Shown: positions 42,964 to 56,753, counted from the first letter of the stretch. The stretch is DNA of 64,000 bases from Eledone cirrhosa (GCA_964016885.1 OZ024762.1:20026001-20090000), one strand, 5' to 3'. The notes: generated from the letters alone by a model not told the origin. Program-made: numbers and translations.

Positions 42964-43125
42964 TATGTAGAAGTTATATTTAATTTGTTGGGATACAACA
43001 AGCAAATATTTTTATAACTGATATAAAGCACTCAACAAATTATTGGAGTAAAAATTGGTGTCCTTGAAATATGTATAATGAAATAAATATGGTTTTATAA
43101 ATATAGTTTCCATTTGTTAATATAT
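42605..43125. mobile_element. Hammerhead-bearing fold-back element (putative non-autonomous Penelope-like), same modules as 61103-61580
   Basis: Inverted arms ~42605-42646 / ~42776-42818, a shared ~90-bp terminal segment, (TA)n, then a second module aagttatattta...atagtttccattt. Confidence 0.65.
42647..42717 (-). ncRNA. Type-I hammerhead ribozyme
   Basis: - strand: TATTTTAT CTGATGA [AAACACAAATGTTATTG CA TGATGATATTTGTTTTT] GAAA TGCGCA TA ATAAAATA. Perfect 8-bp stem I, long stem II, palindromic loop III, AUA cleavage triplet. Confidence 0.85.
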
Positions 43126-43209
43126 TATATACATATGTATATATATATATGTATATATACATATGTATGTATGTATGTGTGAAGAGATGTCAACATTAAT
43201 AGACCTGTT

Positions 43210-43460
43210 ATCTATATATGTGAAACAGAGAATGTTTGTCTGTTTGTCTCCCTAAAACTTGAGAACCACCCAACCGATTGTTTTCAAACTTTACACATGT
43301 AATACTTATGGTCCTGTGAGTGTTTTGAGCAAAAAGAATTTCTAATTTTCAATGCCTCAATGCCCTACGGAGCGCATTAGGCGATTTCTCTCTATACCTC
43401 TTAGTCTCTCTTTTTTTAGATAGATACATAGATATAACGCTGCGCCCTTATAATATCTGT
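43210..43460 (+). mobile_element. Possible non-autonomous Helitron-like 5' fragment
   Basis: A|TCTATATAT start followed by (gtct/gttt)n and ccaaccgatt..caaacttt, a layout typical of Helitron 5' ends; no 3' CTRR/hairpin identified. Confidence 0.35.
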
Positions 43461-43642
43461 CTGTATGCCTGGCTGTCTGCATTATGACATTATGACGTAG
43501 TTGTGTGTGTGTATATATGTATATATAGTATGTAACGTTTTTCAAAATATTTACTTCTGCATTCACAGATTGATTTATTTTAGTTTCAAAAGATCCCGTT
43601 ATATATATATGAATGTATGTATAGTATATTTGATAATGTACT

Positions 43643-43828
43643 GTATGTTTATTTAAAAACATTTTGAAGACCATTCGCTACGAGTTTTAAAGTAGTGACT
43701 ACATCACTTACTTGGTCTCGGCAAGTTGCTTCCCTTTCCTTTTGCCGAGACCAAGTAAGTGACGTAGTCACTTCTTTACAACTCATAGCGAATGGTCTTC
43801 AAAATTGTTTTAAAATAAACATACATTA
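43643..43828. repeat. Imperfect inverted repeat (~85-bp arms)
   Basis: gaagaccattcgcta...tcacttacttggtctcggcaa / ttgccgagaccaagtaagtga...tagcgaatggtcttc. Confidence 0.85.
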
Positions 43829-43887
43829 TATTTTCAAATGCACTATACATACATTCATACATACATCGCTATTTCAGGGTACCAATA

Positions 43888-43965
<78 letters not shown>

Positions 43966-43969
<4 letters not shown>

Positions 43970-44306
43970 CATGGCTTAGTGGTTAGAGCATTGCCCTTGC
44001 AATCGAAAGGTTGTGAGTTCAATTCTCAGACCGGGTGATGTGTTGTTTCCTTGAGCAAGACATTTTATTTCACATTGCTCCAGTTTACTCAGCTGTAGAA
44101 ATGAGATGATAAGGACTGGGGTCCCTATCATTCCACTGCAAAGTGGTCGTGGGGGTGCCGCGGCAAAAAGGCACCATGCACTCACTGTAAATGAGGTTGG
44201 TGTTAGGAAGGGCATCCAGCTGTAGAAATCAAGCCAGAATCAGTTCCCGTCCCACCCTTGCAAGCAGGGAAAAAGCGGATGTAAAATGAAATGATGATGA
44301 TGATGA

Positions 44307-44309
<3 letters not shown>
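43966..44309 (+). mobile_element. Full-length SINE-B (tRNA head, CORE-like body, RTE-shared 3' tail, (GAT)n)
   Basis: A box TGGCTTAGTGG, B box GAGTTCAATTC, tccttgagcaagac core, aggaagggcatcc segment, tail cccgtcccacccttgcaagcagggaaaa. Confidence 0.9.
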
Positions 44310-44376
<67 letters not shown>

Positions 44377-45204
44377 AAATAAATAAGTCAAATATTTAAA
44401 ATTTGGCTTCGTTTATTACTGCTATATATATTTCGGTGACATCCATCTTTATATATATATATATAGTAAGGAGACCACGAGTCTGGTTAGATATCAAGTC
44501 TGGTACAATCAATACTGATTGTACCTTGAGTCGATCAACCATGAAACACATGTCAAACATGAAAAATTCTGGGCTAAAATGTCCTTCATAATATTTCACA
44601 CAAATCACTCTCTGCAAGCTTTCTTTGATCAACCTCTTCTCTCCATCAGTGACTGTGTGTGAGTCTATGTGTATATGTATGTGTGTGTGTGTGTGTGAGT
44701 GCATGTGTGTGCATGTGTGTGTATGCATATTTATATGTGTGAGCGTGCATTTTTGCATGTGTGTGTGTGTGTGTGTGTGAATATGTATGTGTAAGTTTGT
44801 TTCTGTATGTATAGGCGTATGGGCATATGTATGTGTGTGAATGTGTTTATGCATGTATGTGTACTGAGAGCGTGTGTGTGCACGTGTGTGAATGTATGTG
44901 AGTGTGTTTGTGCATGTGTGAGTGTATGTGCATATGTGTGTGTGTGTATGTGGAACAGTGAACGATTGTTTTAGTTGTTGTACCAAGCTTATTTTCCCTG
45001 TCCACTGAACTGTAAAGACATTATAGAGAGATTCCTTCAAGATCTAGAAAGCTGTACAGAAGATAAGTTGACAGTTTGGAATCAAAGCAGTGAGTGACAG
45101 GCGTTAAATGAAACAATACCTAAACATACTATGTAGTCAGGGTTGATGACTTTGCTAGACAAATAACTCCACATTGCAACACAAACACACCCACATGTGT
45201 ATAT

Positions 45205-45510
45205 CATCATCATCATTTTACACCCGCTTTTCCCTGCTTGCAAGGGTGGGGCGGGAACTGATTCTGGCTTGATTTATACAGCTGGATGCCCTTCTTAACA
45301 CCAACCTCATTTACAGTGAGTGCTGGATGGTTTTTTGCTGTGGCACCTCCACCACCACTTTGCAGTGGAATGATAGGGACCCCAGTCCATATCATCTCAT
45401 TTCTACAGCTGAGTAAACTGGAGCAATGTGAAATAAAGTGTCTTGCTCAAGGAAACAACACATCACCCGGTCTGAGAATTGAACTCGCAACCACTAAGCC
45501 ATGTGCCTCC
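45205..45510 (-). mobile_element. SINE-B with an internal head deletion
   Basis: Reverse complement of 43966-44309. Confidence 0.88.
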
Positions 45511-45534
45511 ATGTATATATATATATATATATAT

Positions 45535-47430
45535 AACGAAGGATGTATGGTAAGGAACCAGATGGACCATAATGCACCAGAGTACTCAATACTTAGGGTA
45601 GTAGAGTGGGTAATAGGAAAATGTTCAAGACCCCGACGGCAGAGCTCAAGCCATTTCGACGACTATTTCTGAAATAGCCATTGAAACGGCTTGAGCCTGT
45701 TATTATTACTCCAAGAAACCTTTGATGAGATGCAACCTTATAGGAAGTCAGCTAAACCTCCATAGGTGTGGGCTGTAAGAACCACATGGCAAGACTGGGG
45801 CCACTTTCATTAAAACGCTCATGCAAACTCATAGAATGAGCTGTAAACCACATGATAGGACTGAGGCCCTTATCATTAACCCCCCACAACCTTAAATGTG
45901 GCTAACTAAACTTATACATGTGTAAGCTATAAAAACAACATGACAGGACAGAGTCCTCTATCATTAAAACCAGCCAAGAAAGCTCCTATGGCCCTAGCTA
46001 AACCTAAATAGGTGTCAGCTGTAACAACATGATTGGGCTAAGTCCTCTTTCATTAATACCCCATGAAAGCTCCTATGGCCCTAGCTAAACCTAAATAGGT
46101 GTCAGCTGTAACAACATGATTGGGCTAAGTCCTCTTTCATTAATACCCCATGAAAGCTCCTATGGCCCTAGCTAAACCTAAATAGGTGTCAGCTGTAACA
46201 ACATGATTGGGCTAAGTCCTCTTTCATTAATACCCCATGAAAGCTCCTATGGCCCTAGCTAAACCTAAATAGGTGTCAGCTGTAACAACATGATTGGGCT
46301 AAGTCCTATTTCATTAATACCCCATGAAAGCTCCTATGGCCCTAGCTAAACCTAAATAGGTGTCAGCTGTAACAACATGATTGGGCTAAGTCCTATTTCA
46401 TTAATACCCCATGAAAGCTCCTATGGCCCTAGCTAAACCTAAATAGGTGTCAGCTGTAACAACATGATTGGGCTAAGTCCTCTTTCATTAATACGCCCAT
46501 GAAAGCTCCTATGGCCCTAGCTAAACCTAAATAGGTGTCAGCTGTAACAACATGATTGGGCTAAGTGCTCTTTCATTAATACCCCCATGAAAGCTCCTAT
46601 GGCCCTAGCTAAACCTAAATAGGTGTCAGCTGTAACAACATGATTGGGCTAAGTGCTCTTTCATTAATACCCCCATGAAAGCTCCTATGGCCCTAGCTAA
46701 ACCTAAATAGGTGTCAGCTGTAACAACATGATTGGGCTAAGTGCTCTTTCATTAATACCCCTATGAAAGCTCCTATGGCCCTAGCTAAGCCTAAATAAGT
46801 GTCAGCTGTAACAACATGATTGGGCTAAGTGCTCTTTCATTAATACCCCCATGAAAGCTCCTATGGCCCTAGCTAAACCTAAATAGGTGTCAGCTGTAAC
46901 AACATGATTGGGCTAAGTGCTCTTTCATTAATACCCCCATGAAAGCTCCTATGGCCCTAGCTAAACCTAAATAGGTGTCAGCTGTAACAACATGATTGGG
47001 CTAAGTGCTCTTTCATTAATACCCCCATGAAAGCTCCTATGGCCCTAGCTAAACCTAAATAGGTGTCAGCTGTAACAACATGATTGGGCTAAGTCCTCTT
47101 TCATTAATACCCCCATGAAAGCTCCTATGGCCCTAGCTAAACCTAAATAGGTGTCAGCTGTAACAACATGATTGGGCTAAGTGCTCTTTCATTAATACCC
47201 CCATGAAAGCTCCTATGGCCCTAGCTAAACCTAAATAGGTGTCAGCTGTAACAACATGATTGGGCTAAGTGCTCTTTCATTAATACCCCTATGAAAGCTC
47301 CTATGGCCCTAGCTAAACCTAAATAGGTGTCAGCTGTAACAACATGATAGAACCTAGTCCTCTTTATCATTAAAACTGCGGTAGAAACCTTATTGATTAC
47401 CAAATACACCTGCATAGGTGTGAGCTATAG
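45535..47430. mobile_element. Composite element with an internal 87-88-bp tandem array (~16 copies, ~45978-47350)
   Basis: Colinear with 8327-9358; unit gaaagctcctatggccctagctaaacctaaataggtgtcagctgtaacaacatgattgggctaagt(c/g)ctctttcattaatacccc(c)at. Confidence 0.85.
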
Positions 47431-47960
47431 ATTTAATTATTACTGTTATTGTTGTTGGTATTATTTCCTCATTGAGAATGTAAGAACCAGTAGGTCAGCT
47501 AGTATTGACCAGATATGTCTGACACCCTGCTCTGTCAATATTCTATATCGATGAAACAATTGTCGCTGCTGTATTTGTGTTGATCTAGAAATGAGTGGGT
47601 GACAGCTTGTATGGGCTATGGTCGCTCTAGTGGTTATTTTCATTATCTATTATTTGTTTTACTGGTGGAAAGAACGAAGGGGGAAAATACTGCTTTATTC
47701 TTGTTACCCTTCTTATTGTTTTCTTTATATAATTTACTGATCTCAATCGTTTAGACTATGGCCATGCTGAAGCACTGCATTGATTTTTAATTGATCATAT
47801 TGATTGCAGCAGTATTTGCTTCTTTTATTTGTTTTCATTGATTTCTCTTTCTTTTTTCTTTGGTTGAACTATGTTAAGATAAAAACATTAATGTTGACAG
47901 TCACACACACACACACATACACACATACATACACACACACACACACACACATACATACAT

Positions 47961-47996
<36 letters not shown>

Positions 47997-48299
47997 GGAA
48001 AAACGAGGAAGTTTCATTTATATATAAAAGATATTTATTGTGTATTGACCTGTTACACGTGTTTCACTGAGGATTGGCTCAACGTTGACCAACAATATCC
48101 TTTATATGTAAACAAAACTTCTATTATATACACTCTGCCTATGCGTAGAGTGCTTTATTTGGTAGCAACACCAGTAATTCACTGAACCACCTACACTATA
48201 TATATATATATATATATAAAAGTTTGGTAGAAATATCCAAGAGTAAGAGCACTCAGTCCATAGTGTCAAGTACTCTATTTCAAACTGAATCCATCATGA

Positions 48300-48830
48300 T
48301 TTCATCATCATCATCATCTTCATTTAAAGTCTATCTTCCACGTTAGCATGGGTTAGATGGCAACTGTCCCAACTTGAGGCAAGATTGGTCGGGTGACTGT
48401 GTCTCGCTCGTTTAGGACTCTCTGGCAGCTTTTCTACGGCTGGATGCCCTTCCTAACGCCAACCACATTTACAGTGTGGACTGGGAGCCTTTTTACCGTG
48501 TCTCCCACACAACCTCTTTAGTTTGGACTGGGTGTTCTGTACCAGCATAACTTTACAGAGAAAGGGTGGTGTCGGTTGGAAGTGAGAGGATGGAGCAGGG
48601 GTTGTGGGTTGGGGTGTGTATTTGGTTAAGAGGTGCCTACTGACTGTAGGTTTTACTTTGTACGTAAGGGAAGGCGGTTGTTCTGTATTACTACGTAGCG
48701 CCAAAGGTCTCGATCCAGTGACATTGTCTTAGAGAGGTGTAACTATGCAAGGTAAGATTTTTTCATGTCGTCCCATGTTTTTCTAGGTCTACTTACTCAA
48801 TAACTTCCATCAAATTTAGTTACTCTGCAA
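48300..48830 (-). mobile_element. SINE-B/RTE-related non-autonomous element
   Basis: (CAT)n tail and ggatgcccttcctaacgccaacc body; long body shared with 30711-31105 and 9370-9830. Confidence 0.75.
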
Positions 48831-49265
48831 TTTTTTATACAGCTGTTGTCTTTTATGCACATCACACGACCATACCAACGTAATCTTCTCTCAAGTAAAC
48901 ACTATCTGATCCCTCTTATTCCTAATTTCTCACTTAGTTCGTTTATGTTTTGCCATTACATATATATATATATATATACTGTTTGTTTTTGTTGATTTAT
49001 TATTTTAAATCGATATAGGCAAACTGTAATATTATAATTAGTATATTTCATTCTAGCTAACTTAATTTCTTTTACAATATAAACACAGATATGTTGGTAT
49101 TTGTGTTTCATCATATATATTAATTTATATTTACTTGTATTACACGGCTCAGAAATATTTTTTCTTTGAGCTATTTCATTGTAAAGGAATGCTTGAGTTT
49201 TGAACTCAATACACTTAATATATATACATATATACATATACAATTTTCTTCTATTTTATTTTCAG

Positions 49266-49503
49266 AATCCCCGCAATTGCAAGACCGCTAAAAAGTTAGT
49301 ATGTAACTTAAGTAAAGGTTGTGGCTATGGATGTCAATTGCATCATGTGACCTATTGTCTTATTGTGGCCTATGCAACGAAGCGAACTTTGGTGTTGGAA
49401 TCAAAGGGTTGGCGCTATGCTACCCGGGGCTGGGAGACTGTCTTCCAACCAGTCAGTGACAGCTGTACAGATCGTAGTGGAAGCTCCATTCGGACATGGG
49501 GAC
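49266..49503 (+). CDS. FUT8: Alpha-(1,6)-fucosyltransferase internal exon (start of the GT23 catalytic domain)
   Basis: ttttattttcag acceptor, C|gtaagt donor; 238 nt, phase 0 to 1. [72 protein letters not shown] carries the FUT8 signature [11 protein letters not shown]. Confidence 0.98.
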
Positions 49504-49523
49504 GTAAGTATCTTACCAAACCT

Positions 49524-49641
<118 letters not shown>

Positions 49642-49647
49642 TTTTAC

Positions 49648-50006
49648 AATAATTGTTTCTACTTTTGGCACAAGGCCATCAACTGCTGAGTGGGGGAACG
49701 GCAATTAACTAGACCCCAATGCGTTGCTGGTATTTGATTTTATCAACTCCTGAAGGATGAAAGTCAAAGCTGACCTCAGCAGGATTTGAACTCAGAATGT
49801 TAAGGGTCATAACTAAATAATTGTTTCTATTTTTGGCACAAGGCCAGCAATTATCCCAGTGTATTACTGGTACTTTATTTTATCGACCCCGTAAGGGTGA
49901 AAGGCAAAGTTAACCTCGGCGGGACTTGAACTCAGATCATAAAGAGCCGTAACTCTATGCTAAAAAACAATGGTGTCCGACTCTCTACCAATACTGCCAA
50001 TCCACC
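49648..50006 (-). mobile_element. Two SINE-A copies, one nested in the other
   Basis: Reverse-complement SINE-A; the younger copy ~49817-50006 is flanked by the cataactaaataat duplication. Confidence 0.8.
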
Positions 50007-50756
50007 ATAACTAAATAATGTAAACCATATTGTCTGATGCTCTACTGATTCTACTAATCCACCGCTCACTGATGTTTCTACGCATCAAAACACATAAATA
50101 CTGAACTGGTATTTTAATCATTAGTAATAGTGGGAGGTTCAAAATGCAGAGTTGATCTCAGACATATTTGAACTGAGATCACAAGAGAAATGGAACAAAC
50201 CCTGCAAAGCATTCTATCCGACATTCTACGGACTCTGTCACTTCACTACAAAAATCGGAATTTTAGAACAAGGAAAAGATTTCTTTTGGGAGAAGAAAAA
50301 AAAAAAACGTGAACAAAAAACATCACATACACCACCACATAAAACATGTTTCATTGATTGTATTTTTTTGTGTGCGTTTGTGTGAGGGGGGCTTCCCCCT
50401 GACATTTCTTTTATAGTTTGAAACAGATTATTCCTAAAATAAGAATAATTGTTTTGTTTGGGTTTTTTCTTGGGGGGTGGGGGAGGGGTTATTTGTGCAT
50501 TGGCTTTTTTTTTTTTTTTTTGCTGGGGAAGAAGGGGGCACTTCTCTTCTTCCCCACCATGTTTCTTATCTTTTAAGACACAACAAACTTTTGATAGTTA
50601 AAATAGATATGATTTCATGTTATAGTTAAGGGTGATTGCCTCATCTCTCTCTCTGTCAGTTTTTTTAAAAAACCATTTTTCTATTTTCTAAGCCAGCAAA
50701 TGTTGGATATAGTTAACAAAAGATAACAGTTTCTTGTCATAGCTATTGCAGTCATG

Positions 50757-51610
50757 GTACTACTACTACTACTGCTACTACTACTGCTTCTGCTACTATT
50801 ACTACTACAACTACTGCTACTACTACTACTACTGTTACAACTACTGCTACTACTACTACTGCTATTACTACTGCTATTACTACTACTACTGCTATTACTA
50901 CTGCTTCTGCTACTATTACTACTGTTGCTGCTACTACTACTACTACTACTACTGTTACAACTACTGCTATTATTACTGCTATTACTACTACTACTGCTAT
51001 TACTACTACTACTGCTATTACTACTGCTTCTGCTACTATTACTACTGTTGCTGCTACTACTATTACTACTACTACTGTTACAACTACTACTACTACTGCT
51101 ATTACTACTACTACTGCTATTACTACTGCTTCTGCTACTATTACTACTGTTGCTGCTACTACTACTGTTACAACTACTACTACTACTACTGCAACTATTG
51201 GTACAACTACTACTGCTACAACTACTACTACTACTACTGCTACAACTACTACTTCTGCTACTACTACTACTGCTACAACTACTACTTCTGCTACTACTAC
51301 TACTGCTACAACTACTACTTCTGCTACTACTACTACTGCTACAACTACTACTACTACTGCTATTACTACTGCTACAACTACTACTACTACTGCTATTACT
51401 ACTGCTTCTGCTACTATTACTACTGCTGCTACTACTACTACTACTACTACTGTTACAACTACTGCTACTACTACTACTTCTGCTACTACTGCTACTACTA
51501 CTGCTACAACTACTACTACTACTACTGCTACAACTACTACAACTACTACTTCTACTACTGCTACAACTACTACTACTACAACTACTACTACTACTACAAC
51601 TACTGCTGCT
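50757..51610. repeat. (CTA/CTG)n compound microsatellite
   Basis: Directly visible. Confidence 0.95.
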
Positions 51611-51753
51611 AGAAATAACAGCCAAATTCCCTCAAATCTCAATTTATCCTTGTTAAGCAGGTAAAGGATATATTTCTATGTCCAGGAATTTGAACCCACT
51701 CTATTATGATTGCAAGTCCAACACCCTAACCGCAAGGCCACACGCTGTACTTC

Positions 51754-51848
51754 TTAACCTTTAACATGCTGTCGGCAACAAATTTCGAGTAATCTCCCCT
51801 TACTACATAATACAGTGTCATAAAAATATTCAGCATGCTAAAGGTTAA
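51754..51848. mobile_element. piggyBac-type MITE
   Basis: TTAA-cctttaacatgctg ... cagcatgctaaagg-TTAA (14-bp TIR, 1 mismatch). Confidence 0.7.
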
Positions 51849-52143
51849 TATATATCTCAAATAATTACCAACACAAGTGCTAGTTATATGCAAATTAGTA
51901 TCCGCATTTCAGAATACTACAAAGAGTGAATGGGTTATATATACCCATCAAATATGTTTCCTTGTGGTTGTTTGGATGATATAGACGTCTTTTGATGAGG
52001 GTCCAATTAGATCTGAAAATTGATTAACCCTTTAGCATTTAAACTGGTCATATCAGGCCAGAATTCTCTTACCTATCTCTGTTCAAACCGGCTGTAACTG
52101 ACCACTCATACTAATGTTAAGGTATTGTTCTCAAAATAAATAA

Positions 52144-52402
52144 CATCATCATCATCATCATCTTACATCCGCTTTTCCCTGCTTGCAAGGGTGGGACGGG
52201 TCTTATTCAGCACAGCATCTCTCCACTCGTCACGGTCCCTCGTCATCTCCACCGTGAACTTCAATGATCTGAGGTCTGCTCTCACCACCTCCGCCCATGT
52301 TTTTCGTGGTCTACCTCTACCATGTCTTCCTTCAACTGGCACTTCTTCACCCATCGGTCATCCTCCATGCGCATCACATGTCCATACCACCTCAGTCTCC
52401 AT
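52144..52402 (-). mobile_element. RTE LINE 3' end
   Basis: ORF 52163..52354 VEGRHGRGRPRKTWAEVVRADL..DRDEWR plus a (GAT)n tail. Confidence 0.88.
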
Positions 52403-52424
52403 ATGATAAATAACAGGAGACACG

Positions 52425-52635
52425 GTAAGTCGTGTAGGAGACATGGTAAAAAGGCTCCCAGTCCACACTGTAAATGTGGTTGGTGTTAAGAAGGGCATCC
52501 AGCCGTAGAAAACCTGCCAGATAGATTCATATACAAAGAGACATGGTTACCAAATCAATCTTGCCTCAAGTGGGACAATTCCTGTCTAATCCATGCTAGC
52601 ATGGAAGATGGATGTTAAACGATGATGATGATGGT
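52425..52635 (+). mobile_element. SINE-B-related 3' portion
   Basis: ggtgttaagaagggcatccagccgtagaaa...ccatgctagcatggaagatggatgttaaacgatgatg. Confidence 0.75.
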
Positions 52636-53030
52636 GATCAAAATCTCATAGATTCGATATTAGGTGAGATAATTATGTAAGATAAAGTCTTCACCATGAA
52701 AATATAATAGTATATATAGAGTAATGTAAATACTAAAGGGTTCAAGATGTTTATCATTTTTTCAATTTACTGGGAAATTCTTATTTTCTGTCATGTTTAC
52801 ATACCTCCATATTAGATATGTGTATATATTTATACACATTGGTGCAGTCTTGGTTAAACACTGTATTTATACAAGTTAACTTTATCATACACTTCAGCTG
52901 CTAGTGTGCACTTCTTAATATATGTATGTGTGTATATGTGTGTGTGTGTATATATATGTGTTTGTGTGTGTGTGTATATATGTATACGTATATATATATA
53001 TATATATATGTGTATATATGTATACGTATA

Positions 53031-53376
53031 TCATCATCATCATCATCATTTCATTTTACGTCCGCTTTTCCCTGCTTGCAAGGGTGGGACGGGAACTGAT
53101 TCTGGCTTGATTTCTACAGCTGGATGCCCTTCCTAACACCAACCTCATTTACAGTGAGTGCTGGGTGCTTTTTTGCCGTGGCACCTCCACGACCACTTTG
53201 CAGTGGAATGATAGGGACCCCAGTCCCTATCATCTCATTTCTACAGCTGAGTAAACTGGAGCAATGTGAAATAAAGTGTCTTGCTCAAGGAAACAACACA
53301 TCACCCAGACTGAGAATTGAACTCACAACCTTTCGATTGCAAGGCCAATGCTCTAACCACTAAGCCATGTGCCTCC
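53031..53376 (-). mobile_element. Full-length SINE-B
   Basis: Reverse complement of 43966-44309. Confidence 0.9.
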
Positions 53377-54045
53377 ATATATATATATATATATGTATAA
53401 ATATATATGTATGTGTGTGATATATACATATATATATGTGTGTATAAATATATATGTGATACATACATATAATACATGTGTGTGTGTAATACACTCACAC
53501 ACACATATATACATAATATATATGTGTGTATATATGTATACGTATATATATATATATATATGTATAAATATATATGTATGTGTGTGATATATGCATATAT
53601 ATATATGTGTGTATAAATATATATGTGATACATACATATAATACATATGTGTGTGTAATACACTCACACACACATATATACATAATATATATGTGTGTAT
53701 ATATGTATACGTATATATATATATATATGTATAAATATATATGTATGTGTGTGATATATACATATATATATATGTGTGTATAAATATATATGTGATACAT
53801 ACATATAATACATATGTGTGTGTAATACACTCACACACACATATATACATATATATATGTGTGTATATATGTATACGTATATATATATATATATATATGT
53901 ATAAATATATATGTATGTGTGTGATATATGCATATATATATATGTGTGTATAAATATATATGTGATACATACATATAATACATATGTGTGTGTAATACAC
54001 TCACACACACATATATACATATATATATATGTGTGTGTGTAATAC
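53377..54045. repeat. ~167-170-bp higher-order repeat (x4) built from TA/CA microsatellites
   Basis: gtgtaatacactcacacacac recurs at ~53485, 53654, 53820 and 53990. Confidence 0.85.
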
Positions 54046-54987
54046 ATACATACTCAATCGCACACGCACACACACACACATATATATATATATGTATGTA
54101 TAGACACGCCCGCATGAAATAGCCAACATGGGAACCCTAACTCTAACATGTGTATATACGCAATGAATCCAGTGAACGGGGACGAGATACTTACATCTTA
54201 TTATTATTCCCACCTTTTAAACCAGCCATCTTGTTTTTTTTGTTTTTTGCTTGTCTCTTTTGTGGATTCTTTTTTTTTTTATATTTTCTGAAGAAGGTAT
54301 GAAATCTTTTTTTTAAAGATGTCATGATTTTGGAGAAACACATATTAGCAAGAAAAGTAAAATAGATAACAACAACAACAATAACAACAGCTGTGATAAT
54401 AAAAATGGGATAGGAAGAACCCCCCCCCCTCCTGTCCCCACCGAAGCAACATAATAAAAAAAAAAAATTAAAAAAAGGGGGAAAGCTGTGTGTACTAAAA
54501 TCACTCTTCATTCTCATCCACTATCAACCAAAACAAAGGAAACAACAACAACAGCTGTGATGATAAAAATGGGATAGGAAGAACACCCCCCCCCCCTGCC
54601 CCCACCGAAGCAACATAATAAAAAAAAATAAATAAATAAAAAAAAAAAGGGAAAGCTGTGTACTAAAATCACTCCTCATTCTCATCCACTATCAACCAAA
54701 ACAAAGGAAACTATTTTAAGAGCTAGCTTCATCGATAAATCACAAAACCCTCTCTCTCTCTCTCTCTTTTTCACTCTTTCACCCTCTTTCTCCCAGATGG
54801 ACATGACTATGTCAACTTAAATATACAATTGCTCCTCTGTTTCTTGCTAAAACAAATTATATCAGCAGCACCAGTAAGATATATATATATATATATACAT
54901 ATATACATAATTCAAGTTATAAGATATATGTAGAGAGAGAAAGAGTCATAGATCGTTTGAGAAACACAGTATTTTGTAAACATATAC

Positions 54988-55328
54988 AGGCACATGGCTT
55001 AGTGATTAGAGCATTGGCCTTGCAATCGAAAGATTGTGAGTTCAATCCTCAGACCGGGTGATGTGTTGTTTCCTTGAGCAAGACACTTTATTTCACATTG
55101 CTCCAGTTTACTCAGCTGTAGAAATGAGATGATAGGGACTGGGGTCCCTATCATTCCACTGCAAAGTGGTCGTGGAGGTGCCACGGCAAAAAAAGCACCC
55201 AGCACTCACTGTAAATGAGGTTGGTGTTAGGAAGGGCATCCAGCTGTAGAAATCAAGCCAGAATCAGTTCCCGTCCCACCCTTGCAAGCAGGGAAAAGCA
55301 GGCGTAAAATGAAATGAAAATGAAATGA
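54988..55328 (+). mobile_element. Full-length SINE-B
   Basis: Near-identical to 43966-44309. Confidence 0.9.
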
Positions 55329-55435
55329 TACAAAGCAAATAATATTCAGGAAAATACACTTATCTTAAGGAGGAAAAAGCCATATCTTCCTCAAAGCGTT
55401 GTTTCATTGTCCAAAAATACTAAAGCAAACAATCA

Positions 55436-56200
55436 AGGATTGGCAGTATTATGTTCTGGATCAAAATCCCACCAAGCTAGGCTTTGCTTTTTCTCCTTAT
55501 GGGGTCCATAAAATAAAGTACCAGTAATGCACCACCCCAAAACTGTTGGGCATGGGCCTAAACCAGAGATTCTTATTGTTAGGACATGCATTGGCAGTAT
55601 CAGTAGAACGTCGAACATGCTTTATGACATATAGTTACATCCCTTTAATAAAGTACCAGTAATGCACTGGGGAACAATTTAATCGACTTCCACATCATCT
55701 GCTAGAATTGTTGACTGACTGACCTTGTGTCTGAATCACAAACCATAATTAATTGAACGTAGATTGACAGAATCGGTAGAGCATTGGACAACAGGCTTTT
55801 CAGCATATAGTTACATCCCTTTACATTCTGAGTTCAAATCCTGCTGAGGTTAACTTTGCCATTCATCCGTATAGGATCAATAAAATAAAGTCCCAGTAAT
55901 GCACTGGATTCAATTTCATCAACTTTCCCCTCCCCCAAAAATTGTTGGCTTGTGTCTAAACCAGAAGCCATTATTATTTCAACATTTATTGCAAAAATCA
56001 GTAGAGCATTACACAACTTGCTTTTCAGCATGTAGTTATGTTCCGGGTTGAAAGCCCACCAAGGTTTAATTTTGCTTTTCATCATTACTGAATTGATAAT
56101 AAATAAAATCTAAGTAATGAACTGGGGCCAAATTAATTGACTTTAAACTCCCAACCTCACCCCAAACTGTTGTCCCTGTGCCTAAATCAGAAACCAATAT
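55436..56200 (+). mobile_element. Cluster of four old, degenerate SINE-A copies
   Basis: Degenerate ttggcagta...aaataaagtaccagtaatgcac...aaaccatt units. Confidence 0.7.
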
Positions 56201-56427
56201 TACTGAGGTAACTAATGTATACCTTGATTTGTTTTCTAACCTCATGGTTATTTAATTGTCAAAAGTCTTTCATCACACATTCTGTGGCCTCACCAATGCC
56301 TGTTCTTACTCCATTGTCTCTGCTCTTTGTTTCCATATTGTTTTATTTACTCCATCTTCTTTTTTTATGATGTGCAGGTGTGTATTGGCAGCATGACTCT
56401 CCCAAGTATATCTATATATATATCTAT

Positions 56428-56719
56428 ATCATCATTTTACATCCACTTTTCCTTGCTTGCAAGGGTGGGACGGGTCCTTATACAGCATCGCTCCACTTGT
56501 CACAGTCCTTCGTCACCTCCTCCGTGAGCTTCAGTGATCTGAGGTCTGCTCTCACTACCTTTGCCCATGTTTTTTGTGGTCTTCCTCTACTGCGTCTTCT
56601 TTCTACTGGGATTTCTTGACACTTCTTTACCCAACGTTTATCCTCCATGCGCATCACATGCCCATAGCATTGCAGTCTTCTTTCCCGCACACTACAACTT
56701 ATCCCTCTTATACACAGTT

Positions 56720-56720
<1 letters not shown>
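56428..56720 (-). mobile_element. RTE LINE 3' end
   Basis: ORF 56478..56768 VRERRLQCYGHVMRMEDKRWVKKCQEIPVE..RGRPQKTW is the RTE (W)xGHVxR motif region. Confidence 0.88.

Positions 56721-56753
<33 letters not shown>

Noticed and set aside
43966-44040. tRNA-like sequences at SINE heads
   Set aside because: A/B boxes are present but run directly into the SINE body, and no complete cloverleaf was found, so they are not called tRNA genes.
45978-47350. Regular arrays (also 121-750, 40443-41268, 61694-62848) considered as CRISPR
   Set aside because: The units are contiguous tandem copies with no unique spacers, there are no cas genes, and the context is eukaryotic.
53124-53363. Recurrent MPFLTPTSFTVSAGC ORFs suggesting a gene family
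   Set aside because: They are antisense translations of SINE-B copies.
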